DNA of 64,000 nucleotides from Bdellovibrionales bacterium (GTDB lineage Bacteria > Bdellovibrionota > Bdellovibrionia > Bdellovibrionales > UBA1609). A program made the translations under genes and the position numbers. A model generated the notes under the pieces. That model searched no databases. It had not been told where the DNA came from and was given only the letters and a program-made list of their open reading frames with translations. The DNA lies in assembly GCA_027317865.1 (NCBI GenBank), contig DAHVQG010000001.1, positions 256,001 to 320,000 on the forward strand. Direction: 5' to 3'. Below are positions 9,266 through 19,724 of the stretch, piece after piece (within the stretch, counting starts at the first letter, position 1; every line of letters begins with the position of its first letter).

Positions 9266-11389
9266 ATGAAATCACCAGCGAATAACATCTTACGCCTATT
9301 TGTTTATTGCGGCCTCTTTCTTGGCGTCTTCAGCACAATGAGTTGTGCAACTAAAAAAGTAAATCCAAATGCGGTTCAATCGTATCGTTGGCTAGAAAAA
9401 GTTCACAGTAAAAAAGCACTGGCGTGGGTGAAAGGTCAGGACGCGAAGACGTGGGCGGTGCTTGCGCATGACCCGCGCTATCCAAAAATGTTAAAAGAAG
9501 TGACAGCCCTTTTAACCAACAAAAATCGCATACCCTTTATCGACATGTACAACAATACATATCGCAATTTTTGGGAGGGCAAAAAACACGTTTGGGGGAT
9601 TTGGCGTTGGACAACTGACCGTGAATATAGAAAGAAGCACATTGTTTGGCGAACTCTTCTCGATTTAGATGCGTATAACAAAGCGACGCACAAGCACTGG
9701 GTTTTCGAAGGTTCGAACTGTTTGCCGCCGTCTTACAATGATTGTCTTGTGAGTTTGTCAAATGGTGGCAACGACAAATTTGTAGTTCGTGAATTTAATA
9801 TTGCCAAAGCCAGTTTTGTGAAAAATGGTTTTTTTATCCCGGCAGCGAAAACAACGGTCAATTGGGTGAATCAAAATACGCTTTTAGTCAGCACCGATTG
9901 GGGACCGGGTTCGTTAACTACATCGGGTTATCCGCGTGAGGTACGCGTCTGGAAGCGCGGCGAGCCCCTCAATAAAGCTAAAATAATTTTTCAGGGCAAG
10001 ACGTCGGATGTGGATTCATCGGGATGGACGAGTTTTCATCCCAAGTCCAAAATGGAGTTTGTCGAACGTGACATTACTTTTTATAGAGCGATCGATTATG
10101 TCCTGACCCCGAAGGGTAAGCTAGAAAAAATACCCTTCCCCGAGTCTGCAAATTTTGAAGGTGATTTTCACGGCTTTTTGTTGGCGTCGATACGCCACAC
10201 GTGGGATTTGAATCACAAAAAGATCAAGGCGGGCTCGGTTGTTACATTGCCGATAACCGATATGAATCGCCGTGATTCCGCAAAATATATTAAAATTCTG
10301 TATACCCCCGACAACCGTTCGGCATTCGAACATTTGGCTGCGAACAGAAGTTCGCTCTATTTGACAATCTTGCACGACGTACGTGGTCAAGTGTACCAAG
10401 TGCAGCGCATTGGTAGTCGTTGGGTTTGGCATCGGTTGCCTTTTCCAGACAACGGTATGCCGCACATTTACGACACCACGCCGTTTTCTAATCGGGCACT
10501 CGCTTATTACCAAAGTTTCACTGTGCCGACGTCGCTTTATCTCATTCGCGGGCGCAGTTTAACAAAATTGAAATCACGCCCACCGGAGTACAACGCTCGC
10601 GGAGTTGTAGTGCATCAGTATTGGGCGACAAGTCGAGACGGAACAAAAGTCCCTTACTTTGTCATTGAAAAGGCGGATACAAAATACAACGGTAAAAACC
10701 CGACTTTACTGTACGGTTATGGCGGCTTTGGAATTTCAGAAACGCCGTTTTACCTCGGCTCGATCGGTAAGATTTGGATTGATCATGGCGGAGTGTACGT
10801 ACTGGCAAATATTCGGGGCGGTGGTGAATTTGGCCCCGCCTGGCATGACGCCGCAATTAGACAACATCGAATGAAAGCGTTTCAAGATTTTGCGGCAATC
10901 ACGCGTAATTTGTTTCAACGAAAGATTACTTCGCCTCATCATTTAGCCATCGAAGGCGGCAGTAACGGGGGTTTGCTTGTTGGCGTCGCCTTCACCCGGC
11001 ACCCAAGTTATTATAAAGCGGTGGTTTGTGAATCGGCTTTGTTGGATATGATGAGATATACCAAAATGCCGCCCGGTGCGAGTTGGATTGGTGAATACGG
11101 TAACCCCGCAAACCCGAAAATGGCAAAAATTATTATGAGCTATTCGCCCTATCAAAATGTGAGACCGGGAGTTCATTATCCGAAAGTATTTTTTTACACG
11201 TCGACCAATGACGATCGCGTTCAACCCGGTCACTCGCGTAAAATGGTTGCACGGATGGAGCAATATCATGACTCAGTTTTGCTTTACGAAAACACCGAAG
11301 GCGGTCATGGCGCGGCGGCGAACATTAAAGAAGAAGCTAAACAGCTCGCATTGAAGTACACCTTTCTCTATCAAGAACTGATGAACTGA
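9266..11389 (+). CDS. Prolyl oligopeptidase (S9A), probable lipoprotein
   Basis: YRWLE, LLYGYGGF, NIRGGGEFG, GGSNGGLL (Ser), DDRV (Asp), GGH (His); lipobox-like TMSC. Confidence 0.93.
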   Translation: MKSPANNILRLFVYCGLFLGVFSTMSCATKKVNPNAVQSYRWLEKVHSKKALAWVKGQDAKTWAVLAHDPRYPKMLKEVTALLTNKNRIPFIDMYNNTYRNFWEGKKHVWGIWRWTTDREYRKKHIVWRTLLDLDAYNKATHKHWVFEGSNCLPPSYNDCLVSLSNGGNDKFVVREFNIAKASFVKNGFFIPAAKTTVNWVNQNTLLVSTDWGPGSLTTSGYPREVRVWKRGEPLNKAKIIFQGKTSDVDSSGWTSFHPKSKMEFVERDITFYRAIDYVLTPKGKLEKIPFPESANFEGDFHGFLLASIRHTWDLNHKKIKAGSVVTLPITDMNRRDSAKYIKILYTPDNRSAFEHLAANRSSLYLTILHDVRGQVYQVQRIGSRWVWHRLPFPDNGMPHIYDTTPFSNRALAYYQSFTVPTSLYLIRGRSLTKLKSRPPEYNARGVVVHQYWATSRDGTKVPYFVIEKADTKYNGKNPTLLYGYGGFGISETPFYLGSIGKIWIDHGGVYVLANIRGGGEFGPAWHDAAIRQHRMKAFQDFAAITRNLFQRKITSPHHLAIEGGSNGGLLVGVAFTRHPSYYKAVVCESALLDMMRYTKMPPGASWIGEYGNPANPKMAKIIMSYSPYQNVRPGVHYPKVFFYTSTNDDRVQPGHSRKMVARMEQYHDSVLLYENTEGGHGAAANIKEEAKQLALKYTFLYQELMN

Positions 11390-11398
11390 CAGAAAGTC

Positions 11399-11414
11399 CG
11401 GCACTTATATTGCA
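11399..11414 (+). promoter_or_regulatory. Putative sigma54 (-24/-12) promoter
   Basis: CGGCACTTATATTGCA = GG-N10-GC with CAC and TTGCA consensus, just upstream of 11427. Confidence 0.6.
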
Positions 11415-11426
11415 AAATATTGTAGA

Positions 11427-12335
11427 ATGGCAAAACCCGCGTGTTTACGCCATTTAGGTATTGCCCTAGTGGCAATTATTGTTAGTTTTTTGCCGTTTTT
11501 TGGCTATGCCGATAATTCACAAGCGCAAAATTATTCATTAATTCACTCCCAAGGGATGGCGGCTCTTGCACGCCTGCAATTCTTAAACGGTTTAAGTAAG
11601 ACGGATCCGCTTAATATTTCACCAAAAGAACTCCGCGAAAAAGTATTGCTCGCATTGGCTGCAAATCAACAGGTTATCGAATATACGGAGCATGAGAAAT
11701 TAACACCGAGTGAGTTGGCAAAATTGGTGTCCATTGAAAAGCGAATTGCTGGTTCGCTCAGTGATAAAATGTTTATTGCACTTACCGACTATAACGATAC
11801 GAAAGATCACAAGGCTAAATTGCGAGCTGAGGCGTTCTGGGCGGCATTTGAAAACTATCTTATGGGGCGGGCAAAGCAAGTTGCGACGGCTCATGAGTTC
11901 CAAGATATACAGCCGGGTACGCGTCGTCGAAAGCGAGTCGGCGCGATAATGGCCATTGCAGCTCGAGATCGTGCGTTTTATTTTAATTTAAATATCTTGT
12001 ACAAGTTTTTTATACAGTTTGATCACCGTTCAATCGAGCTTGATAAAACAAACGGATTTTATCATTTTATTTCGGTAGGATGTGCAGCCGGCGTTCTGGC
12101 GTCTGGCTATTTGAGTTGTTATACTCATGACCCGACTGCCGCGGCTGTTCTGGCGCCATTTTTGGGCGTAGTTTACACGGGGTACACTTACAGCCAAAGT
12201 AATGCTCAGCGCCCGGCCTATGGGTTTTTGTATAAAAAGCGGAGTTATTTTTTCAGTCAAATTATACCGGTAAACAAAGTCGCTGAGTTTAAAAGTTTGG
12301 GCGGCAATTGTGCCGCCCTTCTAAATACACAATAG
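11427..12335 (+). CDS. Hypothetical exported protein with C-terminal hydrophobic hairpin and terminal CxxLL motif
   Basis: Signal-like N-terminus, two hydrophobic segments near the C-terminus, ends GGNCAALLNTQ. Confidence 0.65.
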   Translation: MAKPACLRHLGIALVAIIVSFLPFFGYADNSQAQNYSLIHSQGMAALARLQFLNGLSKTDPLNISPKELREKVLLALAANQQVIEYTEHEKLTPSELAKLVSIEKRIAGSLSDKMFIALTDYNDTKDHKAKLRAEAFWAAFENYLMGRAKQVATAHEFQDIQPGTRRRKRVGAIMAIAARDRAFYFNLNILYKFFIQFDHRSIELDKTNGFYHFISVGCAAGVLASGYLSCYTHDPTAAAVLAPFLGVVYTGYTYSQSNAQRPAYGFLYKKRSYFFSQIIPVNKVAEFKSLGGNCAALLNTQ

Positions 12336-12349
12336 TCTACAGTCTGTTG

Positions 12350-12877
12350 CTAAGCTTGTTTTACAAATTGGATGTCGAGAGAAATGTTCACGTCATCGCC
12401 CACAAGAACGCCTCCCGTTTCTAAAGCTGCATTCCAAGTCAGACCAAAGTCTTTGCGTTTAATTTTGGTTGTTCCCGATACGGCCATTTTGATGTTGCCC
12501 CACGGATCTTTGACCTCTTCGCTTGGGCTCTCCATTTCAAGCGTGACTTGTTTCGAAACTCCATGAATCGCAAGATCACCTATCACTTTAAAGCCATCGC
12601 CTGATTTTTCAAGTTTCTGCGATTTAAAGGTGATGAAAGGATATTTTTCGACGTCGAAGAAATCCGCACTCTTTAGATGGGCATCGCGCTTTTCTTCGCG
12701 TGAGTTAATACTGTTGGCTTCAATTTTGACGTCGATGTTGAATTTGCCTGGGTTGGCCGGATCAAAAACCAACGTACCGCTCATTTTTTCAAAACCACCG
12801 TGTACTTTCGCAATCATCATGTGTTTGACGCTAAAAGATGCGCTCGAGTGCGATGGATCAATTTGATATTTGCTCAT
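12350..12877 (-). CDS. yceI: YceI family protein
   Basis: IDPSHSSASFSVKHMMIAKVHGGF, RDAHLKSADFFDVEKYP, RKDFGLTWN. Confidence 0.95.
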   Translation of the reverse strand: MSKYQIDPSHSSASFSVKHMMIAKVHGGFEKMSGTLVFDPANPGKFNIDVKIEANSINSREEKRDAHLKSADFFDVEKYPFITFKSQKLEKSGDGFKVIGDLAIHGVSKQVTLEMESPSEEVKDPWGNIKMAVSGTTKIKRKDFGLTWNAALETGGVLVGDDVNISLDIQFVKQA

Positions 12878-12989
12878 GTGGCCTCCTTATTGGCTATCGC
12901 TATGTTTCATATACATTATCGGTGTTTTTGATTTTATATTAGATGGATTAATATAGAAATACTTTTCAATGTAATGCATAATAAAACCG

Positions 12990-13901
12990 GTGGATCTCAA
13001 TGAAATTGTAATATTCATTAAAGTTGTACAGGCGGGCAGTTTCACAGAAGCGGCAAAGCAGTTGGCTATGCCGAATTCAACTGTTAGCAGCAAAATCTCG
13101 TCGCTTGAAAAGAGACTCGGTACAACCCTCATTCGACGGACCACGCGCCGTTTAAGTATTACACCAGCCGGAGACGCCTACTTTAAAAAATGTTTAACCG
13201 GATTTGAAGAAATTAAATCCGGCGAAGACGAAATCGTGGCCATTCAAAGTGAGCCACATGGGCTATTGCGCATAACGGCTCCGGTGGAGCTGGGGTCAAA
13301 CGTATTGCCCTCCGTGGTTGCCGACTATTCCCGGCGTTATCCAAAAGTTTCTGTTGAAGTCATTTTAACCGATCGGCGGGTTGAGTTGCTTGCAGAAAAT
13401 GTCGATTTAGCTGTTCGCGCCGGGCGCATGAAAGACTCCAGTCTTATAGTTAAAAAATTGGGTCAATCCATTTTTGTCCCTTTTGCATCACCCAAGTACC
13501 TCAAACGAGCCGGCAAAATTGAGCACCCACGCGATTTGCGCCAGCATGATTGCTTACACTTTACCCCACTTGGCTCCGAAATGTGGCAGTTAGTCGGATC
13601 GCATGGCACCCTTCATATTTTGGTGCCCGGCCGAGTTGTGATCAATGACCTCAATATGATCAAAAGTTTAGCCGTTTCAGGCGCGGGTATTGCGCTTTTG
13701 CCCCCGTATATTTGCCGCAATGAATTGGCGTCAAATAAACTTGTACCGGTTTTGCCGGGATGGACAACGGTACCATCGCCAGTTCATTTCGTATACCCAG
13801 CGCAAAGATTCGTAAGCGCAAAACTCAGCGCTTTTGTCGCCCTTGCGACTGATCCGATTCGCGAGGCATTGGCAATTAGCGATTCAGTTTGCGGTAGGTG
13901 A
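12990..13901 (+). CDS. LysR family transcriptional regulator, divergent from yceI
   Basis: N-terminal HTH GSFTEAAKQL...LEKRLGTTLIRRTTRRL; substrate-binding domain. Confidence 0.95.
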   Translation: MDLNEIVIFIKVVQAGSFTEAAKQLAMPNSTVSSKISSLEKRLGTTLIRRTTRRLSITPAGDAYFKKCLTGFEEIKSGEDEIVAIQSEPHGLLRITAPVELGSNVLPSVVADYSRRYPKVSVEVILTDRRVELLAENVDLAVRAGRMKDSSLIVKKLGQSIFVPFASPKYLKRAGKIEHPRDLRQHDCLHFTPLGSEMWQLVGSHGTLHILVPGRVVINDLNMIKSLAVSGAGIALLPPYICRNELASNKLVPVLPGWTTVPSPVHFVYPAQRFVSAKLSAFVALATDPIREALAISDSVCGR

Positions 13902-15420
13902 GCCGGTAAAGCGGAATAAAAACTAACGCGATAATTACCATCATGACGTACATGATTTGCAAGAACGTCAGCATAAATGATTGGTTGAGTACGCGAAATC
14001 GCAGAACTTCAAGCGTGGCGCGGTTAAACGCGGACCAACCAACGAGACGGCTCATACGTGATGCGAGCATTTCCTTTGTTTGAAAATACGCACTTCGTCC
14101 CGCCATGCTCAGCAATGAAACATGCGATGCCAAGTTCGAATAGTTTTGCCGCATGCGCGACGACATGAGCGTGGCAATAAAAGCGATACCCATGCTGCCG
14201 CCGACTTGCCGAAAAAAGTTGAGAAGGCCGGCGACTTCACCCATTTCTGGTGAAACGAATTGGCTAAGAATTGAGGAGTTGATTGGAACAAACAAAAACG
14301 CAAGGGCGAAACCGCGAACAAACAGCATGATGAGCATATCCCATTCGGATGTCATTGGCGAAAATTGCGTGATGAGTAACAGGCAGATCTCGAGCGAAAA
14401 GAATCCGATGAAAATTAAAATTTTAGGATTGACTCGCGCGCGCATCATGCGGCCGACAAAGGGCATTATCGCCATTGTTAACAATGAGCCGGGAATAAAT
14501 AGCACGCCGATTTGAGTGGCATCGTAATGAAAGGCACGAGTGAGAAATACGGGTAAGATAAATACAAGGCCGTAAAGAAAAAATCCAAGAAGCCCCGAAA
14601 GAAAAACCCCATTGTGCACTGTGGAGTGTTTGAATAACCGAATATTGATTATGGGGTGCTTTGCGCGCCACTCCCACCACACAAAAACGGGGATACTGAT
14701 GGCGGAGACGATGGCGCATATCACGATTCTTGTTGACGAAAACCAATCGTCGGCTTGACCGCGCTCAAGTAAAAACTGTAAGCAGCCGATGCCGGCAATC
14801 AATAGAGCCAGGCCAATGGAATCGAGTGCGCCCGGTTCACGTTTTGAGCCTTTTTGTTCGCGGTCAAAAATACAGGTTAGACCGACAAAAAATGCCATAA
14901 TTCCGAGCGGCAAATTAATATTAAAAATCGCGCGCCAGCCAAAGGTATCGGTCAAATACCCGCCAAGTACGGGCCCCAACGCGGGGCCGACCGAAACGCT
15001 CATGCCAAAAATTGCGGCGGCGATGCCGGCGTCTTCGACCGGAAATTGTTCAAAAATCAAAGTCTGCGATGTCGGCAAAAGCGCTCCACCAGCCAAGCCC
15101 TGAAAGATTCGAAAAATGACCAGCAAAATGAGATTTGGTGCGAGCCCGCAAGCAACAGATGCGGCGGTAAAAATCAAAATGCAGCCGAGAAAATAGCGCC
15201 GGCGCCCGAATCGTTCACCAAGCCAAGCTGAAGCCGGTAAAACAATTGCGTTGGCAATGGCATAGCCCGCCACCACCATGCTGATTTCACCAAGCGTAGC
15301 GCCGAGGTTGCCCATCATATCGGGGAGCGCAACGTTGACAATCGAGACGTCGATAATTTCAAGAAGTGACGCCACGATGGCCACAAACACGATGAGTTTC
15401 GATTGGCGGCTTAAACCCAT
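13876..15420 (-). CDS. DHA2 family MFS efflux permease (EmrB/QacA-like)
   Basis: D.SIVNVALP, RFGRRR, FRIFQGLAGG, GPALGPVLGG, WRAIFNINLP motifs. Confidence 0.93.
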   Translation of the reverse strand: MGLSRQSKLIVFVAIVASLLEIIDVSIVNVALPDMMGNLGATLGEISMVVAGYAIANAIVLPASAWLGERFGRRRYFLGCILIFTAASVACGLAPNLILLVIFRIFQGLAGGALLPTSQTLIFEQFPVEDAGIAAAIFGMSVSVGPALGPVLGGYLTDTFGWRAIFNINLPLGIMAFFVGLTCIFDREQKGSKREPGALDSIGLALLIAGIGCLQFLLERGQADDWFSSTRIVICAIVSAISIPVFVWWEWRAKHPIINIRLFKHSTVHNGVFLSGLLGFFLYGLVFILPVFLTRAFHYDATQIGVLFIPGSLLTMAIMPFVGRMMRARVNPKILIFIGFFSLEICLLLITQFSPMTSEWDMLIMLFVRGFALAFLFVPINSSILSQFVSPEMGEVAGLLNFFRQVGGSMGIAFIATLMSSRMRQNYSNLASHVSLLSMAGRSAYFQTKEMLASRMSRLVGWSAFNRATLEVLRFRVLNQSFMLTFLQIMYVMMVIIALVFIPLYRLTYRKLNR

Positions 15421-15433
15421 ACGATTTGATCCA

Positions 15434-16282
15434 CTAATGTTTATGTACTTTTACGTCCGCTGAAAGTCCGACACGCAATTCGTCAATTTCGTGGCTTGTG
15501 AGGTTTGGCAATTCGATTCTAACGGGCACTCGTTGCACGACTTTCGTGAAATTTCCGGTTGCATTATCCGGTGGCAAAAGACTAAACGTTGCTCCTGTGG
15601 CGGAACTTATAGATTCGACTCGGCCTTCAAAATTTTGCGACGGAACGGCGTCGACGGAGATGTCGGTTTTGGCTCCAATATGAATCCCCGCCAGATCTGT
15701 CTCTTTAAAATTTGCAATGATCCATCGGTCGGCAGAAGAAACAAAACCGATAAGCGGTACTCCGGGGCTGGCTAACTGGCCGACCTCAACCGAAGTTCTA
15801 GCGATCTCTCCGTTTTCTGGTGCGACTATTTGTGTGTCTTCTAAATTTAATTGCGCTTGCGCGACCCTTGCTGAAATGGTTTGTAATTTCGCTTTCGTAC
15901 TCAGATACATTGTCGAAGCAATATCGTATTGTTGGCGAGATGCGGCCCCATTCTTAAACAATTCAGACAAACGGTCAAAATTTCGCTTCGCCTGTTGTTC
16001 GTTCGCTTGAATACTGCTGAGTTCACCTTGGGCCTGAGCCAATGCGTTTTTATAATCGCGATCGTCGATTTGTACGAGCAATTGCCCCTTCTGCACTTTT
16101 TGCCCTTCGATAACGAAAACAGCCTTTACAAAACCGCCAACTTTAGGGGCGAGTAATACCGCGTGCCCCTCAACTTGCGCGTCGTCGGTTGCGGCGTACA
16201 TTATTTCTTGATAACCGAAATAAATAATAATTATTGATAAAAGCACGCCAAGGGCGATAAATATCCGCTTACGTTTGTTCAT
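15434..16282 (-). CDS. HlyD/EmrA family efflux membrane fusion protein
   Basis: TDDAQVEG, ANFKET, FSLLPPDNATGNFTKVVQRVPVRI; likely start MNKRKR at 16282 rather than 16414. Confidence 0.93.
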   Translation of the reverse strand: MNKRKRIFIALGVLLSIIIIYFGYQEIMYAATDDAQVEGHAVLLAPKVGGFVKAVFVIEGQKVQKGQLLVQIDDRDYKNALAQAQGELSSIQANEQQAKRNFDRLSELFKNGAASRQQYDIASTMYLSTKAKLQTISARVAQAQLNLEDTQIVAPENGEIARTSVEVGQLASPGVPLIGFVSSADRWIIANFKETDLAGIHIGAKTDISVDAVPSQNFEGRVESISSATGATFSLLPPDNATGNFTKVVQRVPVRIELPNLTSHEIDELRVGLSADVKVHKH

Positions 16283-16939
16283 AGTACAAGCATATATTGT
16301 GAATCGGGTCGGGGACAAATGAATCTGAATTTCGCTTGCAGCGATGTGGAGTTTTTTGGCTCGACATGATAACTCAGGGTACACTCCATTCGGTAAGAGT
16401 GGCGATTTCGTCAACCGCGCTTAACGTTTTTGACCTCCGTTGGCAGTTGATTCTTGACTTTTCTTGGAATTTTTTAGCTTTGCACGCTTGAGTCAGATTG
16501 TGGTACTTCGGTTTAAAATCCCGCCATCCAACCTGCGTTTGGGGCAAAATCGTTAAATCCAAAGTCGCGATAGAGTGATTCCGAATCAACGTTTTTAAAA
16601 GCCACTTCAAGCCGGTTGGTTTTGGCTGATTAAGCAACGGTTCAATTTGACGTCATGGTACTTGCCTAAGCAAAACGAATTACGAATACTCTTTTCGACA
16701 GTTGCAAGGCATATGACACTCTGCCCGAAGTTCCCATAGATAATAACATTTCAATCGTGGCTTCGAGCTTATCGGCGGATTGAATTGCGCAAAAATTTGC
16801 AATTGATTCCAATTTCTGAGATTGGTTCGAGGTACGTAAGCGCATCTCTGCCGCGTAATTCAATATACTTCATGATTGAACCATATTTGACGAGTGGGCC
16901 ATTTGTCAGCCGAAATTTGTGTTTTTGTCTGAGTTAGGC

Positions 16940-18766
16940 TCATTCAATAATAATCGGAATTTGGTTCGCCATGGTCTTCGGAATTATTTTTATTCCCAGT
17001 CGAGCCGACCGATCACGAATCGCAGCTTCTTCATAGTGACTTGTAACCATAAACGACCGGCTAGCGATATTGAGACTCTCGATTAGATCTATTCCGGTTT
17101 CTTTTGCGCCCAAAAATTCATAGTCGATGAGGAACAAGTCGGCTTGTCGAGCGTCTTCTGCGCACCAGATTCGGAATTTATGCGGCGAGGTAAAATTTAT
17201 AATTCGAATACTATTGCCACCATTGGAATTTCGAATTCTGTCCTGCCAAATGTTATGAATGCTTGTATCGTCGTCGACCACAACTATGGTGCCCTCGGAT
17301 TTAATAGCAATCCGATCGACAAACCAGCTTGGTGAATTCGCGCGCGGAAGAGTAATCGTGACGATGGTGCCTTGTCCGATTTTGCTATCGAATCTAATAG
17401 ATCCACCCATCGCTTCAATTGCGCCTTTTGCGTGCAAAACGCCTAACCCTGAGCCGCTTTGCGATTGTTCTTTTCCCCATGTGATACTTTTTTTACCTAA
17501 TACGGATAACACCTCATAAGGCATTCCCTTGCCGTTATCCTGAATGGCAATCACGATTTCATTTTTGTAGATTCTTAGCCGCACGCTTATTTCGCCAACC
17601 TCGTCGATTGCCTCGACGGCATTGTTGATTAGGTTAGACAGAACACGTTTCAACTCAACAGCGTCAATGTTTGCAAACGCATCGTAGGCGTTTTGAAAGT
17701 CGGTGGTGATATTGATTTTGAATTTTTCACGAAACTGCGTGCGCTTTTCAGAAACTAAACCGTCGATGATAGCCGGGATCAGTTCAACCGTAACATGGCC
17801 ACTCAATTTCTTCTGGCTAACAAGTGTATTTGCAATGTCTTGGATTCTATTTACGGAATTTCGGATTAATACACGTTTATCTTCAGAAATGTTTTCTAAG
17901 CCTGTAAGAGCCAAATTCAGGGCCGAAAGTGGCGATCGAATATCATGCGACACTTGCCGAGCGAGCTCCGCCGTTGCAACAGCCCTCTGCTTTTCAACGA
18001 CTGCTTTGTTGGACTGCTCGACACTTTGAATATACGGCACAAGAATGCGGTCAAAGAGAAGACGTATACCAATAAATAGCGCACCAAAAAGAAGAATGGA
18101 AATCGCGGTGATATAATACAATACGGATTTTGACGTCGATTTTTCGGTCCGTAGTTTAATAGAAATTCCTTGAATGTCGTCCGAAGATCTTGGTAATGCC
18201 AGCAGGGTTGTTACGCTTGGCACGCGCGATAAGAACTTTGCTTTATTGATTTCGACAAGTAATAAACCTTGGGGGATTGCCGAGGGACTGCTTTGGGCCT
18301 GGTCGTCAAATAATAATTCTTTAAAGTAGTAGATATATGGCGCGCCAGTTTCATAGGCGAAATGCGTTCCGGCTTCAACGGGAGGCAATGGCGTGCCGTT
18401 GAGGTTGAAAAGAACAGCTCCAGAATTTTTGAGGATGGCGACGTTCGAGATTTCATGAAGCCTTTGTATCATCCCCAACATTTTGCCTATAAGTAGAATC
18501 TGAGTATATTTGCGCAGCTGTACGGGTGAGCGTATATAACTTGAGATTTCCGAGCTTTGCTCTAGAACCTCAGCAAAAGATTCAATTTGATTCATCTGCA
18601 ACGACAACGCGTACTGAGCCTGTTGCTTGGCGTTGGATTGTAATCTTGCAAGTTGCAAATGCTGCTGCTCGACATTTTTTAAGAGCAAAACCAGAGACAC
18701 GGCGGTCGGGATAAGGGCCGTAAAAACCAGTACAACTAAAATGTCCTTTCTGAGTCTACTTTTCAT
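16940..18766 (-). CDS. Membrane sensor histidine kinase with C-terminal receiver-like domain
   Basis: Two TMs; H-box QVSHDIRSPL; N-box NLINNAVEA; DNGKGM; GSGLG; C-terminal VVVDDD...LIDYEF. Confidence 0.9.
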   Translation of the reverse strand: MKSRLRKDILVVLVFTALIPTAVSLVLLLKNVEQQHLQLARLQSNAKQQAQYALSLQMNQIESFAEVLEQSSEISSYIRSPVQLRKYTQILLIGKMLGMIQRLHEISNVAILKNSGAVLFNLNGTPLPPVEAGTHFAYETGAPYIYYFKELLFDDQAQSSPSAIPQGLLLVEINKAKFLSRVPSVTTLLALPRSSDDIQGISIKLRTEKSTSKSVLYYITAISILLFGALFIGIRLLFDRILVPYIQSVEQSNKAVVEKQRAVATAELARQVSHDIRSPLSALNLALTGLENISEDKRVLIRNSVNRIQDIANTLVSQKKLSGHVTVELIPAIIDGLVSEKRTQFREKFKINITTDFQNAYDAFANIDAVELKRVLSNLINNAVEAIDEVGEISVRLRIYKNEIVIAIQDNGKGMPYEVLSVLGKKSITWGKEQSQSGSGLGVLHAKGAIEAMGGSIRFDSKIGQGTIVTITLPRANSPSWFVDRIAIKSEGTIVVVDDDTSIHNIWQDRIRNSNGGNSIRIINFTSPHKFRIWCAEDARQADLFLIDYEFLGAKETGIDLIESLNIASRSFMVTSHYEEAAIRDRSARLGIKIIPKTMANQIPIIIE

Positions 18767-19724
18767 ACCGAACCGTTCGCCACCATGACGAAACCTGCGC
18801 GTCTTTACGGGGCGGCAAAGGTGAAATTACAACTGGTGGCTCTGTTTTATTTCGCTCTAAAAGTCGTGCCCGCAATTTGGCGAACTGCGAATTTAAGCCG
18901 CGAGTATCGTTAACGTAAGGCGAGAAATATTGCGAGTATTTAGCCGACATAGCCGTATTTTTGTGGTCGGTAAATTTTTTGACGAATGCAACAAGACTTT
19001 TCAGTTTCATGCGAGACATTTTATTGTTTACCAAACAAACCGTATCGTAGCCTTCTATAATTCGCCCCTTGGGGAGTTGCATTTCTACATGTAATGATCG
19101 TGTCACTGCCGGCTCAATCGCGCCGTCCCAACCGTAAGCGGCGCTCCCGGGCCGAGTTAGGATTTCTCCAGTGGAAGATGTAAAACTTTGCAGCGGCGGA
19201 TGAAAATCGGTCGTAGGTAAATGGTCTTGAACGAGACGGTCGTATACTTCGAGTTTGTCGTCAATAACGCCAATCTTATATCCATGGGCCGATAATGCTA
19301 GTAATTGGTCAAGACTGTGAACCTTCGGATGGTCGTGGGGTTTCGGAATAACCGAAAATATTGTTGCGCTCCACAAATAAGGTAGGCAATCGTGGGCATA
19401 TTTCGTGGTAAATGATAAATAATTGCGATTTAATCCAATAAATTGATCTTTTATAAGCATGTGCGCGCTCAACAAATCGGGGAGAACTTGGTTAGAGACA
19501 ATCGCGACGTCAAATCCGGCCCTGTTATTGATTAGTTTTGAAACAACGACGTTATTCGACTTATACGTTTCGAGTTCAATATTATAACCAAGCCGTTTCA
19601 TTTTAGCGACAAGCTTTGGCGACGTGTAGTCCCACCAATTGAGTAACCGAATTTGTTGGCGTGACGGTTTGGCAACTGCCGAAATAGCAAATAAGAGTAA
19701 TACAATTATCTGAACTAGACGCAA
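18756..19724 (-). CDS. Extracellular solute-binding protein (PotD/PotF-like)
   Basis: Signal peptide; LLNWWDY, Y.SN, FDVAIVS, PYLW motifs of polyamine-type SBPs; overlaps kinase start. Confidence 0.7.
   Translation of the reverse strand: MRLVQIIVLLLFAISAVAKPSRQQIRLLNWWDYTSPKLVAKMKRLGYNIELETYKSNNVVVSKLINNRAGFDVAIVSNQVLPDLLSAHMLIKDQFIGLNRNYLSFTTKYAHDCLPYLWSATIFSVIPKPHDHPKVHSLDQLLALSAHGYKIGVIDDKLEVYDRLVQDHLPTTDFHPPLQSFTSSTGEILTRPGSAAYGWDGAIEPAVTRSLHVEMQLPKGRIIEGYDTVCLVNNKMSRMKLKSLVAFVKKFTDHKNTAMSAKYSQYFSPYVNDTRGLNSQFAKLRARLLERNKTEPPVVISPLPPRKDAQVSSWWRTVRYEK

Noticed and set aside
16374-16863. Two small minus-strand ORFs (87 and 65 aa)
   Set aside because: No recognisable motif or convincing start; cannot be supported
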